From contig CBFFRP010000397.1 of assembly GCA_965644295.1 (NCBI GenBank), positions 62,001 through 126,000 of the forward strand: a DNA stretch of 64,000 bases, in the 5' to 3' direction. Shown here one piece after another: positions 1 to 11,400 of the stretch. Under the pieces are notes generated by a model that had not been told where the DNA came from, ran no database searches, and worked only from the letters and a program-made list of their open reading frames with translations. Position numbers and translations under genes: made by a program. Every line of letters begins with the position of its first letter. Positions within the stretch are counted from its first letter, which is position 1. Source of the stretch: Paraphysomonas bandaiensis. Its lineage: Eukaryota > Protista > Chrysophyceae.

Positions 1-359
1 CGATGTGGTTCATGGACAAAGAGGCGATGTCTGTTGAGGTATCAGAACTGTGGGTTTAATCTAATCGTGCTGACTCTTCGCAGAAAATAATTGAAACAGT
101 GAATTTCTTAAATTCGAATAGTTCGTGGGAAGCACACTATATACCCTTTTGTGGTGATGAAGATTCGTTGCTCCTCATCGATTCCATTTCAGGTAAAGTT
201 TATGAATGGGACAGTGCTGATGGACTCGGCGACTGTGTTGCAGTATCATTCAGTGGATACTTGGAAAATTATCGGAACTCTCTTCTGGAGGGACATATGG
301 ATTTTGTGAGTGGTATGGGTGTAGTCGAATGCATGACCGGCAAGAGTTCGAGAAAGTAA
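1..359 (+). CDS. 3' part of a KNR4/SMI1-like domain protein (5' end outside the window; intron 39-83)
   Basis: Frame MWFMDKEAMSVE joins through a GT..AG intron (39-83) to KIIETVNF...HYIPFCGDEDSLLLIDSISGKVYEWD...VAVSFSGYLE. The 'IPF..D....L.ID...G.V..W......VA.SF..YL' pattern is typical of SMI1/KNR4 domains. Confidence 0.6.
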
Positions 360-1261
360 TATTTTCAAGTCTTCGAACTGTTCAGTTCCGAGGTAGTCTC
401 CAGTTTGCTGAGTTATCACGTGGCGCCACGAAGAGCTTGGACCCACAAATAGGGCGTATGGTCCTTAAACGTTCTCTGAATAATCAGTGTTTATGATTGC
501 CTAAGAAAGTGGTCATGCATAATAATTATCATATCCAATTATTTTGTAGTAGTGTTGGTGTATTTTGATTATGACATACGCTCATTTAAGAAATGTACAA
601 CTGCGTTTTAATATTGGAAGAAGGAAAAAGTATATACTTCACATAAAATTATAGCACAATGAAATTCAACTGAGTTGATTCACCCTGTAGATAAGAAAAA
701 AAATTGTGCAATACGTGCTTATTATAATAAGTTGACTAATAATTACTACCAGTGTACTTTAGCGGTGTACCTACTAATTCGTTTGCTATGAGAGTGATTA
801 CTGTTGTGAGTGTACTCTAGTTCGAAGTAGAGTAGAGATACCTATTCCGATATCTGCATAAATGCTTTCAGGGAGCACCGGTGTCAATCGTAAATGATAT
901 CACATTCTACCTTTCAAACGTAGATTTCTTTTGCTTTGACTATAACCGTGTAGAAGAGAAAAATGCCCCTAGATAAACAGCGGTGTAATAGTTATTGTCA
1001 GTGGTCAGACATTGATGTATCAATAGCTATTTCTCTTCAGTCTTTCGTGCTGCATATTCTTAAATACATCACCCTTCTACAACGTACTAAATAATTATTA
1101 CATCACACCAAAACGAAGAACTAGACTACAGAATCTACAACGTTCGCATATTATGCAAACTCTCATCAACTGGGCTGGCTAGTATACATCCAAAATACAA
1201 TCTTTGTGTCTGAACAAATATGAGATACATTCATACGAAACTCACATTGCAGATGTGATAG

Positions 1262-4200
1262 CTAGTCTTCTACAACAACTAAAAATGGGCTGAAAGCAAC
1301 CGCCTCTGCATGGTCATGGAGATAAAAAGCAGGAATGCGAGTCTCACGAGTAGAATTCGTATGCCATGTTAACCTTATGTATGAATTTTTTTGCTGAACA
1401 TGGTGACTTGTGGCTGACGCTTCAACCCGAATAGCATAAACAGAACTGGCCCACATTTTCACTGGGAGAGTGTGGGTCAAGGTGCCATCAACGCTACTGT
1501 ATACCAGATTATTGTCGATATAGACTGACACATTGAAATGTCGTGCATGAGCTTGTATCCCAAAATCAGCCGAGAGAGGTGACAGTAAATAACCATCCCA
1601 TAGTATACTAACACCACTTGAAAAGTCCACGGACGACAAACCAATGCTATTTAGTGGGGTCGACAAATTTGAGTAGTCAGTGGAGGTAATATCAACAGCA
1701 AACCCATTGGTGAAACTGTGAAACACCTCACGCTCTATTCGAGTTAAAAACGGAATCGATTCTTGATTAGCTCTTTTATTATCTGTCAATCGATAACCTC
1801 CAGAATCCGCGAAATACAGTCCATTTAAACCACGGCCACCTGGATAAATATCTGACGATGCCACCAACATGACCCGCAATTCGTATTCCCCTGGAACTTG
1901 AGTAATATAGGAACATTTGAAGAGTCCATTCAACATATCCTTACACAACGGAACAATCACCTTCTCCACATCATTTCTACGATTGCTACCGACCAATCTA
2001 AGATACAATTTGTGACCTCCATTTACGCATGTGTTGTTGTATTTATCTTTTATCGTGACCTCAAAATGGCTGGAAGAATTCACATGCGCAGAATGCTTTC
2101 CCACACCTCTTACCACTGAGCTTTTCGCATGGGGGGTGGTTGGGTGAATAAATAATGGAAAAGGTGAACCAATTATATCACGAGACATTATTTGGACGTG
2201 CATTAAATAGCTTCCAGCACTTGTAATGTTATAAGCTGCAGTTGCACTAGAATTCGACAGGGTAACTACTGTGTCAGCGTAATTGAAAACTCTTTGTCCT
2301 GTTTCAGTTGACGTACAGTAAATATCAATGGGTAACCCCTCTAGCGGTTCAATACTGGTCGGGTTATTATGAATATCGCGAAACAGTATTTCAAACTTTT
2401 TGAGTGTCCCAGCTTCCCCGCTAATCAGACTACTTCCAACTGCTACGGTACGAGATGGATCAACAGTAGAAGGGGATATATGTAGCAAAAATGGCGACCC
2501 TTCCACTAACAGAGGGCGCATTAAACCAATTTCACGTGATATTCCAACATTCGGGTGCGGAGTACAACAGCCAATCGCAATATACAAACGATACGTCCCA
2601 GATTTTGTAGGATAATACTCCACTAAATATGTTGAATTCCCGTAGTCAGTTACAACACCACGAAACGCTACACCATCTGAGCCAACTGCGACCACAGAAA
2701 GCGGATCGCCACCGCGCTGCAACAAATTACTGTAAATATCCCGAGCATATACCACGAAAGAATGTAGTTTTCCAACTATAGCAGAATTTAAGGCTGAACC
2801 AAACGCAGTGGAGCATGATGAACACAAGGCACTTGGGTTGGCTGTTACATTATAATGCGAAATATTTCTCCAATGCCGAAAAGCGTGAGCAGGGACCACG
2901 GACTTCGGAGTGGATGGTGATTCCCAGAGAAGTTGTAAATAAATTTCGGGGCCATTGAAATGTCGATACTCCAAAACAAACTCTCTGAGCTTCGTATCCG
3001 TGAATGAATACTGACCTTCGGAAACATTTACTGAGGTATTTAAATGTAGAACACTATCCCCACGCCAGCTCATATTTGTTGCCATGCCTAACCCTCCAAT
3101 CCACAATGTAACTTCACTGTTCAAGTCAGCAACTGCAGTGAAATTATATATTTCCGAGTAATCTGCATTTATCAATCCAACGTATCGTACACTCCAATAA
3201 TCTTCCCGATACTTTTCATCAACAGAAAATACAGTATTCGAAAGGTTACCATTGTCACTACTGCCTTCTCGATTGTCGAGATACACCATCGACTCTACAC
3301 GGGTTTTAAAAAAGTGAATATATGATCCTTCACCCAAGTCGCCTCCTCTGCCTGGTCGACCACCAATATCCCCAGTCCATGATATTGTGTTTCCCAAATT
3401 TACGGCACGTCCATTAGTATTAGCAACAAAATCGCGAATATTGTCATCAAACGTTACCAAATATCCAAAAGTCGTATCATTGAAGAATGTGGCGTTCAAT
3501 CCAGGCTCAGCAATACTTAAGCGCATCACATAAACACCAGTAGTTGTGATTGTAAAAGTCCCCGTGTAGCTACCATCACTATGGTCCACCCATATTCCAT
3601 ATAAATCAGAATACGGGCCGTGATGGCCAGCGTAGTTGTAAGTATCCTTTAATCCAGGAAGTGTTCCAAATGGTTGAATGGTACCCCAATCACCGGAGAC
3701 CCCATTCAGTACAAGTTCAACATCTTCACCACCACTTTCAAGTCTGTTACCAAATTGATCACGCAGCACAATAGTAACAAAATACTGAACTCCTACAGTA
3801 GCATTATTCAGCGTGCCTGAAACGATTGTGTTCTCAGCATGAGGTGGACCAGGGTAAATTCTGGCAACAACAGGAGTATTCTTCAACTCGGACTTTCTCC
3901 CATCCTCGTCAAGCAAATACACAGATATATTCAGGAATCCAGATACTGTTGGGACGAATACCGCATAATATAGCCCCCCGTCATGAGGATACTCGCCGCA
4001 ATACTTCAAACTATTTTCATCACCGATGCAGGGAAGCAAAGTACCATTAATGACCTCGGATTTCGATGTTGTAAAGACAAAAGTATCATCACTATTGGAT
4101 TTCCGATTGCCATCTAAATCAAATGCCAAAACTTGGAAAAATGATACAAAACCTGCACGTCCACTGTGCAATCCACCACCCACAGCAAGGGAGTGTGAAG

Positions 4201-7200
4201 AACTCGCATTGCCGTCATACACTGGAACATTAAACGGGGAATCCACTATTGGAGCCCCATTGATACTGACTTGAACGAAATTAAGTCCCGTCTTCGTTGG
4301 AGTAAAACTCAACGTATGCGATCCATTTCCCAAATCGACTGTACGTGCACTTACTTCCGGTGATTGAAACACATGAAACGATATGTTGTTCTCTGTCAAC
4401 GGTTCACGCACAACATTTCCGTAACTATCTCTTAGAGTTATCATGAAAGAAGCTAAAACCCCAACTGTACATCCTCGTAAATCTCTCTCAACTTCTACTG
4501 TAGATGTCGCGCCCGACGCCACATTGTTCCTAACATACACACGATATGGACTATTATGGACGTATTGCCCTCGGTGAGAGGAACCTGAACTCGATCCACT
4601 TGGAAGTCCCTGCGATTCCTGACGACTATGCACTTGGAACGGTAAGTTCGATACACCGTATCCATTCAGCAAAATATGAACTTCATACCAGCCTGTAACA
4701 ACAGGGCATATCTCGCAGGTATAATTACCATTCAATCCGTCAAATACCTCTCCATATCGCACAAGTTCAAGGTTAGGATCGTACATCTCCGTACTCGCTA
4801 CTTCCTGGGCGGCATCTTCGAAAAAACCAACTCGGTACAAGTACGTTTGCAATTCTTCACCTCCTTTCAAGCGTAAATTGTGTGAGCCATCTTTTGAAAT
4901 CACAGTAAATGTATAACATACACCAGCAATTAAACTGTTCTCGTCAGGGAAACCTTCAACTCTTGAATATGGGCCATTCATGATATTTGGGTCAATATTA
5001 ACAGTAAATGGGGAACCGGACACATGTTCACCAGGCTCCCCATGCCACTCATGATATAATATATTTAATTCGTATTTACCCGCACGTTCTGCAATATATT
5101 CTGCTTCAAAGCAATGTGTCCTGACATCATATACAAGGTGTGGGTGTAACACTTCTCTGCCTTGACCGCCATATCCCATATCATCCACCAAGGTCAATGT
5201 CACATTAAAAAGCTCTGACGACAAAAAGAAGTCATCCGCATCATCTCGGAAATTGCGATATCGATCTCTTGGACAAAAAGAAAAGTACGACACCTCTAGC
5301 GTAGTTCCAGAAAATAGCCCAGGACCAGTGCATTCAGTTTCCGTAGGTGATGTTTCACCAGATGTGACAGTCACATCCACAGGACTGTTTCCTATCTCAT
5401 GTAATGAATACATGTTCTCAGGAGGAATCACGACAAAGCTTTCATTCCCCATACCACCGTTTGCTTCGTAAAGTGAATAATTGGTCGCTGTAGTCCACAT
5501 CAACCTTGCATACGCATCCCCTCTAACTTCTCGATATTCAAGAACAACTTCGTAGAGGGAATTTTCTTCGAATTTTACAGAACGAAATGGCTCTAAATCG
5601 GCTCGTTGTTCATGCCAGTGATCAATAAGAAGACTTCCACCAATCCATAAACGTGCGTGATCATCGGCATCAACAAGAAAATAATAATCATCTGATGTAT
5701 CGGGGCGAATTACCCCAGTCCATCGGATGGATATATAATCAGCCCCGCGTGGCAGTAAGCGACCAGAACCCCATGTAAAGTTTACGAAGCGGTCGATGCG
5801 TTCAAGAGCAACATTTTCCATGAACGCATCACGGTGGTATGTTCCCATCAAACCAAGTGGAAATGCATGCCATATTCGGAGCTGGTACCTACCTTGCTCT
5901 CGGAGGATACCGTTGATAACATACGTTCCATTACCATTGTCAACTACATCACACAGAGTTCGAGAAGCATGTCGCTGCCCACTAGAACGATAAATATTAG
6001 TACTCGAAGCCCAGGTGTCCATATCATTTTCTATGACAGCAAGAAATCTCTCGCCCCCCACAACTGCAGATTCCCCATTTGCCAATACAGCCTGTACAGT
6101 CACGCTCAATGATTCATTTGCTACCGTTACTACCTCAGTTTCAGTTGGCGATGTGAATACAGGAGACAGCAAGTACAAATCGTCGTCAACTATCGTGACA
6201 TTCGTGCGAAATTGCGCCCCGATTGATCCACCGCCTTCGGGAAGCTCTAGAACTATTTGGAAAACTTCATTTTCTTCAACAATATTGTCATCGATAATGC
6301 TTACTAAAAAACTCCTCTCCACGACACCTTCGTCAAATTCTAGTGTTTGAGAAGTAGTATAGGGGGCGGTTGCAGTTAGATCATTATCACTTGTCGTAAA
6401 GTGCCTAATAAAATAATTAACCAATACATTTCCAAATCCCCCCCCTGACCGCCTCACTGACAAACGAAAAAACCTCGAAGTTTCATTGATAACATAATTG
6501 GGATAGGTAAAAGAAAAAACGCCCTTGTGTCCACATACAATGTGTGATGCCTGCAATTTTTCACATTCCCATGTTTCATCATTATTATAACCCTGGTGAC
6601 AACTAATTGCGTTATCTTGGAGCTTATTTTCCGGAGTTGTGGCCACAATAAATGCCTCGGCATCAGCAAAACTTTCTGGACTTTTCGTTCCAAATGGCAG
6701 TGTAATGGAAAACTCACGCGTGTCTTCCTCAACGGGTACACGTGGATCAGAAGAGCGATAACCACTTCTCCGTACAGATGTTAATATAGGATCCGCACAT
6801 AGAGTACAACCCAAATCTTTCGTGCATCCTGCACATCTAGGGTCATAGTCATAACAGCTACTGCAATCATTACTCTCAGTGAGATAATACCCGTCAGGGC
6901 ATCTCAAGCACTGAGTAGTTGAACATGCTTCGCACAAATCATTGAAAGATTTACAGAGTAACGTTCCACAATCTTCACCGACACGATGAGGAAGACAATT
7001 GCATGTTCCAGTCCAATAGTCACACACCCCAGCACCATTGCAGTCATTTGGGCACGTCTTCTTTGGATAACATAAGAAACCAACTTTAAAATACGCTGGT
7101 GTACACTCTGAGCAATCAATTCCTTGGTATCCAATGTTGCAGAAGCATACGCCGGATCGTCTATCACAGTACCCATACTCTTTCGCAGTACAGAAATAAT

Positions 7201-7483
7201 TTCCATCGGTAAATGGTCCCACCATTCCAGGACAAGTCTGAGTTCTGACTGCCTCTTCATAGAGAAGCTCTTTGGCAGGATTTTCAAATGAGCCCTCATT
7301 TATACGTTCTCTCAAAAAATTGGAAGCCTCGCCATATACACCAACAAAGCCTTTTGCGTATGGGGTAAAATACGTAAAATTTTGGCGTCCTAAGCTGTCG
7401 TGTCTAATGTAAGCACTTGTAAAATGTATATGTTGAACCAACACAGCATAAAATATTGCACTCTGAAAGACAAACTGTAACAT
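1262..7483 (-). CDS. Large secreted multidomain protein: signal peptide, EGF/Cys-rich repeats, Calx-beta, several filamin-type Ig repeats and three PA14-like domains
   Basis: 2073-aa intronless ORF. Hydrophobic N-terminus; CPNDCNGAGVCDYWTGTCNC (tenascin-type EGF); TLEFDEGVVERSFLVSIIDDNIVEENEVFQIVL (Calx-beta); repeated D.GNG.Y...Y....G.Y and GSPF.V (filamin); ISIRWTGVIRP...DADDHARLWIG, WSVRYVGLI and SILWDGYLLSP (PA14). Confidence 0.85.
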   Translation of the reverse strand: MLQFVFQSAIFYAVLVQHIHFTSAYIRHDSLGRQNFTYFTPYAKGFVGVYGEASNFLRERINEGSFENPAKELLYEEAVRTQTCPGMVGPFTDGNYFCTAKEYGYCDRRSGVCFCNIGYQGIDCSECTPAYFKVGFLCYPKKTCPNDCNGAGVCDYWTGTCNCLPHRVGEDCGTLLCKSFNDLCEACSTTQCLRCPDGYYLTESNDCSSCYDYDPRCAGCTKDLGCTLCADPILTSVRRSGYRSSDPRVPVEEDTREFSITLPFGTKSPESFADAEAFIVATTPENKLQDNAISCHQGYNNDETWECEKLQASHIVCGHKGVFSFTYPNYVINETSRFFRLSVRRSGGGFGNVLVNYFIRHFTTSDNDLTATAPYTTSQTLEFDEGVVERSFLVSIIDDNIVEENEVFQIVLELPEGGGSIGAQFRTNVTIVDDDLYLLSPVFTSPTETEVVTVANESLSVTVQAVLANGESAVVGGERFLAVIENDMDTWASSTNIYRSSGQRHASRTLCDVVDNGNGTYVINGILREQGRYQLRIWHAFPLGLMGTYHRDAFMENVALERIDRFVNFTWGSGRLLPRGADYISIRWTGVIRPDTSDDYYFLVDADDHARLWIGGSLLIDHWHEQRADLEPFRSVKFEENSLYEVVLEYREVRGDAYARLMWTTATNYSLYEANGGMGNESFVVIPPENMYSLHEIGNSPVDVTVTSGETSPTETECTGPGLFSGTTLEVSYFSFCPRDRYRNFRDDADDFFLSSELFNVTLTLVDDMGYGGQGREVLHPHLVYDVRTHCFEAEYIAERAGKYELNILYHEWHGEPGEHVSGSPFTVNIDPNIMNGPYSRVEGFPDENSLIAGVCYTFTVISKDGSHNLRLKGGEELQTYLYRVGFFEDAAQEVASTEMYDPNLELVRYGEVFDGLNGNYTCEICPVVTGWYEVHILLNGYGVSNLPFQVHSRQESQGLPSGSSSGSSHRGQYVHNSPYRVYVRNNVASGATSTVEVERDLRGCTVGVLASFMITLRDSYGNVVREPLTENNISFHVFQSPEVSARTVDLGNGSHTLSFTPTKTGLNFVQVSINGAPIVDSPFNVPVYDGNASSSHSLAVGGGLHSGRAGFVSFFQVLAFDLDGNRKSNSDDTFVFTTSKSEVINGTLLPCIGDENSLKYCGEYPHDGGLYYAVFVPTVSGFLNISVYLLDEDGRKSELKNTPVVARIYPGPPHAENTIVSGTLNNATVGVQYFVTIVLRDQFGNRLESGGEDVELVLNGVSGDWGTIQPFGTLPGLKDTYNYAGHHGPYSDLYGIWVDHSDGSYTGTFTITTTGVYVMRLSIAEPGLNATFFNDTTFGYLVTFDDNIRDFVANTNGRAVNLGNTISWTGDIGGRPGRGGDLGEGSYIHFFKTRVESMVYLDNREGSSDNGNLSNTVFSVDEKYREDYWSVRYVGLINADYSEIYNFTAVADLNSEVTLWIGGLGMATNMSWRGDSVLHLNTSVNVSEGQYSFTDTKLREFVLEYRHFNGPEIYLQLLWESPSTPKSVVPAHAFRHWRNISHYNVTANPSALCSSCSTAFGSALNSAIVGKLHSFVVYARDIYSNLLQRGGDPLSVVAVGSDGVAFRGVVTDYGNSTYLVEYYPTKSGTYRLYIAIGCCTPHPNVGISREIGLMRPLLVEGSPFLLHISPSTVDPSRTVAVGSSLISGEAGTLKKFEILFRDIHNNPTSIEPLEGLPIDIYCTSTETGQRVFNYADTVVTLSNSSATAAYNITSAGSYLMHVQIMSRDIIGSPFPLFIHPTTPHAKSSVVRGVGKHSAHVNSSSHFEVTIKDKYNNTCVNGGHKLYLRLVGSNRRNDVEKVIVPLCKDMLNGLFKCSYITQVPGEYELRVMLVASSDIYPGGRGLNGLYFADSGGYRLTDNKRANQESIPFLTRIEREVFHSFTNGFAVDITSTDYSNLSTPLNSIGLSSVDFSSGVSILWDGYLLSPLSADFGIQAHARHFNVSVYIDNNLVYSSVDGTLTHTLPVKMWASSVYAIRVEASATSHHVQQKNSYIRLTWHTNSTRETRIPAFYLHDHAEAVAFSPFLVVVED

Positions 7484-8409
7484 ATTCCCCCTTATAATAC
7501 GAGTACTATACTCGAAAAATGTGTTTTACTGATGGTAATAATAGCCTCAAACTGAAATATTTAAAGCCAAGACAGTAACACAACTGGAATGATACAGAGA
7601 CTTTTGATGGGCATTCAATCAAGATCACAGTGCAGTCAAACGAATGAGTTGTCAGTATTTGTTAAATACAAATATAACAACGTCGAAGAGATGCAGAGAT
7701 GGATATATTAAGCCGACTGGTTGATGAGACTGTGACTTTTCTTTATCTTTTAGCACTGCAGATGCAAAAACTGAAGAAAATATTAATCAATACTTTAAAT
7801 TCTAGATTGAAACATCATATAGTTGAATATGCCGTACTACAACCTCTATGCAATATACACTAATCGTAACAATTCAAAGATAAGGGTGCATTATAACAGT
7901 GAGTCGAGTATAACCACACCATGATAATATCACTGCTACATGCTGCAGTACCTCCACCGCAGTTCATTACTTTCTATTACAAAAACAGTGGATGGACTGG
8001 ATAATTACGTTGGGTGGGTTTCCTGATTGTAAAAAATGGGGTTATTATTATAAATATGTCTGATTTTAGTTTTTGAATGTATCAAAACCACCAACACATA
8101 AATCTTCAAAAAAAAGCTTTGAAGACTTCTGGATTGTTGAAACTGCTGCCAACAAGTACTACTGCTGTATTCCACGTACTATACATATGATGTATACCTA
8201 CCAGCACCGTATGTCTAGATCGACACGTACAGCAGTACTGTATATAGACAGAGATATACCATATACAGCAGCAGTATGTATGTATATACCCCACACAGAG
8301 TTATCGTTACTCTTACTGGTATGTATAAATGAGTCACATGATCATCTAAGCCTATAGAATAGTCCTTATATGGTGGGTATAATATAAACAACACTTCAAC
8401 GGTGAAATC

Positions 8410-11400
8410 ATGGCAGACGATATGTCTGCATTGACGAGAGTGACGTCAAATAATAACACTCCAAAGTATTTGATTCCACCCACTGATGATGAGATTCGGG
8501 ATAAATTAAATACACTAACGAGCTTTGAGAAAGCCAATCAGGAAGCAGAGAAATTGAAAGCTAAAATTGCTCTTCGAAATGATAAAGAGAAGCTCAGAGA
8601 AGCAATCAAATCAATGACTCCTGATGAAGTCTTCAATCTATTTGATGATGATGGGAGTGGATATCTTGGTTTTAGTGAGTTTCGTGCTTTACTCCCTGCT
8701 CTTGGGATTGAAATTGGAGATGCGAAAGCCTTTAGATATTTTAATCTTTGTGACACTGATGGTAGTGGTGAAATTGATGTCGATGAGTTTAAAGTTGCTC
8801 TTTTTGCCTGTGATCCGAGTTCTGGAAACCCAGTTGGGTTCGTACCCAATAAAATATTGACACCGCTAGATGCCTTTGAAACGTTTGATGAGAATGGTGT
8901 TGGACACTTAGACGAGGACGAATTTTATTATGCCATGGAATACCTTAATTTGAAGCTGAAAGATAGCAAACACGAGAAATTTTTCACTGGTATTGACTTT
9001 AATAAAACGGAGTGTATTGATTATCTGGAATTTCGTGAAGTGTTCCTCAAAGTGTGTAATGTTCGTAAAGAATTAGAGGATAGAGGAATCGAAGTCCCGT
9101 CTTTCAGCTTCCGAAGTACATTGGTCGATATTCTACGTGAGGTTTTAGATGAAGAAGAAGACAGAGAGCGTCGAGCATTGGCAGAAGCACGGCGATACAA
9201 AGCTTGGATATTTAGTATCAAGGACAAGAAAAGGTATTTGCAGCGTGCGCAATGGCGGTCTTACCAGGAGTTAAGATCGAGTTTAGACGCAGCCGGGCAG
9301 GTGTATGTATTTGGAGAAGGTTCTCACAAGCAATTCTCGCATTCTTGTAGGGATAAGATTGCAACGTCAAAGTTTGAATTCGAGAACTTCGATAAAGTAC
9401 TCATGCTATGGAGAGACAGAGTTCACCCGGAGCAGTTAGTTGAGAAATTGAAATTACAACGTAGGGCGGAGCAACAAGAAGAAAAGAGGTACAGCATCCA
9501 GAGTATGACAGGTGGCCAAGATATGGGCGGAATAACGACCAAAGAGCGAAGAATTGACCCTTACGAAGAAGCATTGGTCAGCCCTTTTACTGGATTAAAA
9601 GTATCTGTTAACACTGCTTCGCTCTGGGGCCGACGGATTCATCATGTAGCTATTAGTGAGAACGTATTGTTTGCACTGGCAGATCAGGGTGAAGTATATG
9701 CTTGGGGTGGTAATAGTTATTGGTGGCATGAAATCCAACCGGATTCTGTTTATCAAACGAAATGGAGAGGCGATATCACACCGAGATCTCAATTACTTAT
9801 GAATGTGGAGAACAAGACTATTCCCCCGGACACCAATGCCAGTGATGATATTGATACAAAAAATCCAGATGATGAGAAAGTAGAATACATTAAAGTTGTT
9901 ACAAAATACTTCAATGTTTGGGAACCTCCGCCAAATGCGGCAACGAGAATGCATTATTTGGAAAAAGAGTTACTGGCGAAAGTTACATATGATGAGATCA
10001 GATTTTCGCTAGAGTGTCGTGGAAAGCAAATTCCAGATATTACGAAGCTCGAGCTTGTGGAAGAGTTGTATCATGATATCATATTGGAGAAGAAACTGCT
10101 TGGGGAACGAGCACACAAGGCGATTAGAGAACTCGAAAATCAAGTTGCGACTCTGAAGAAAAGGAGAAAATTTAAATTAGCAGCGCGAGTTCAAGAAAAT
10201 ATCGAGAAAATGTGGGAGCCTTTGCGTGAAGTGCAAGCTGAGAAACGAGCCGCTGAAAGAGCGAAAAAAGCTGCCGAAGTACATAATAAAGCTATGAAAG
10301 TAGAGTCAGATTATGTGGACTATCGTCACCGTATAGCTGAATTACGGCAAGAAATGGGAGGGAAATACACTTCTCGAGGAAATAGTCTAGAAATCAATAT
10401 CCACGGCACTACACCACGAGGACCAGATATGCAAACCCCTCGTGGGTATCAATCTGCCCTACAAGTGTCAGCTGGGACGGCACACGCCTGCCTAGTTCAT
10501 AGGAGTGGACAGCTGTATTCGTGGGGAGTCGGAGGATCTGGAAGATTAGGATTAGACTTAAGCCAGAAAGGAAATCCTCAATGCGATGTAGCGACTCCAA
10601 CATTGGTACAAGCTTTAAATGGACGACCAGTAACTCGAGTTTCATGTGGGTATTCTCATACCGGTGCCATTGTATCAGGAGGGGACTTGTATATGTGGGG
10701 GTCGTGTGCCCTGGGAAAGTGCGGACTGGGGGGACCTGACGTAATTGGAAACGTTGAATGTTACTGTTCCGTACCGACGAAGGTAATAGTTGGAGCCGAA
10801 AACTATAAGGTTAAAAAGCTTTCCTGTGGTGCATCTCACACTGCTGTTATCACTGAAAACGGACGATTATTCGTATTTGGTTGTGGAGATGGTGGTAGGT
10901 TAGGCCTACGTGAAGGTTCTTATGACACTGTGACAACTCCAACTCTTGTCGAATCTCTTTTGAATGAAACTATAGTTTCTGTTTCGTGCGGAAATTCGAC
11001 GACAGTTGCACTAACGAAGATATCGCATGCTATGGTTGGGCCAAAGGGATTCCAGGTTAGGAAATTAATTGGTGGAAAGGTTTATATAGCTGGATCGGGA
11101 AATGTGTTTGATAAACAATATTCTGTATTTACTTTGTTGAAAGACGTTGAAGATATTCCAATGAAGCTTGCCTCGGCTGGATATCAACACACAGCTCTTC
11201 TTTCGGCAGAAGGAGAGTTGTACTGTTGGGGTAGGAATAGAGGAGTTTGTTGCGGTGTGGCACCTCATGTAAAGTTTATTGAGCACCCTTTACCTATACC
11301 ATGTTTATTTCAAAATGTAAAGAATCTTGCGTTGGGCTGTCGAGCAGAACAGAGTTCGACCTACAACAGCAGAGAGGCCACAGCAGCCACCGATGGTGAC

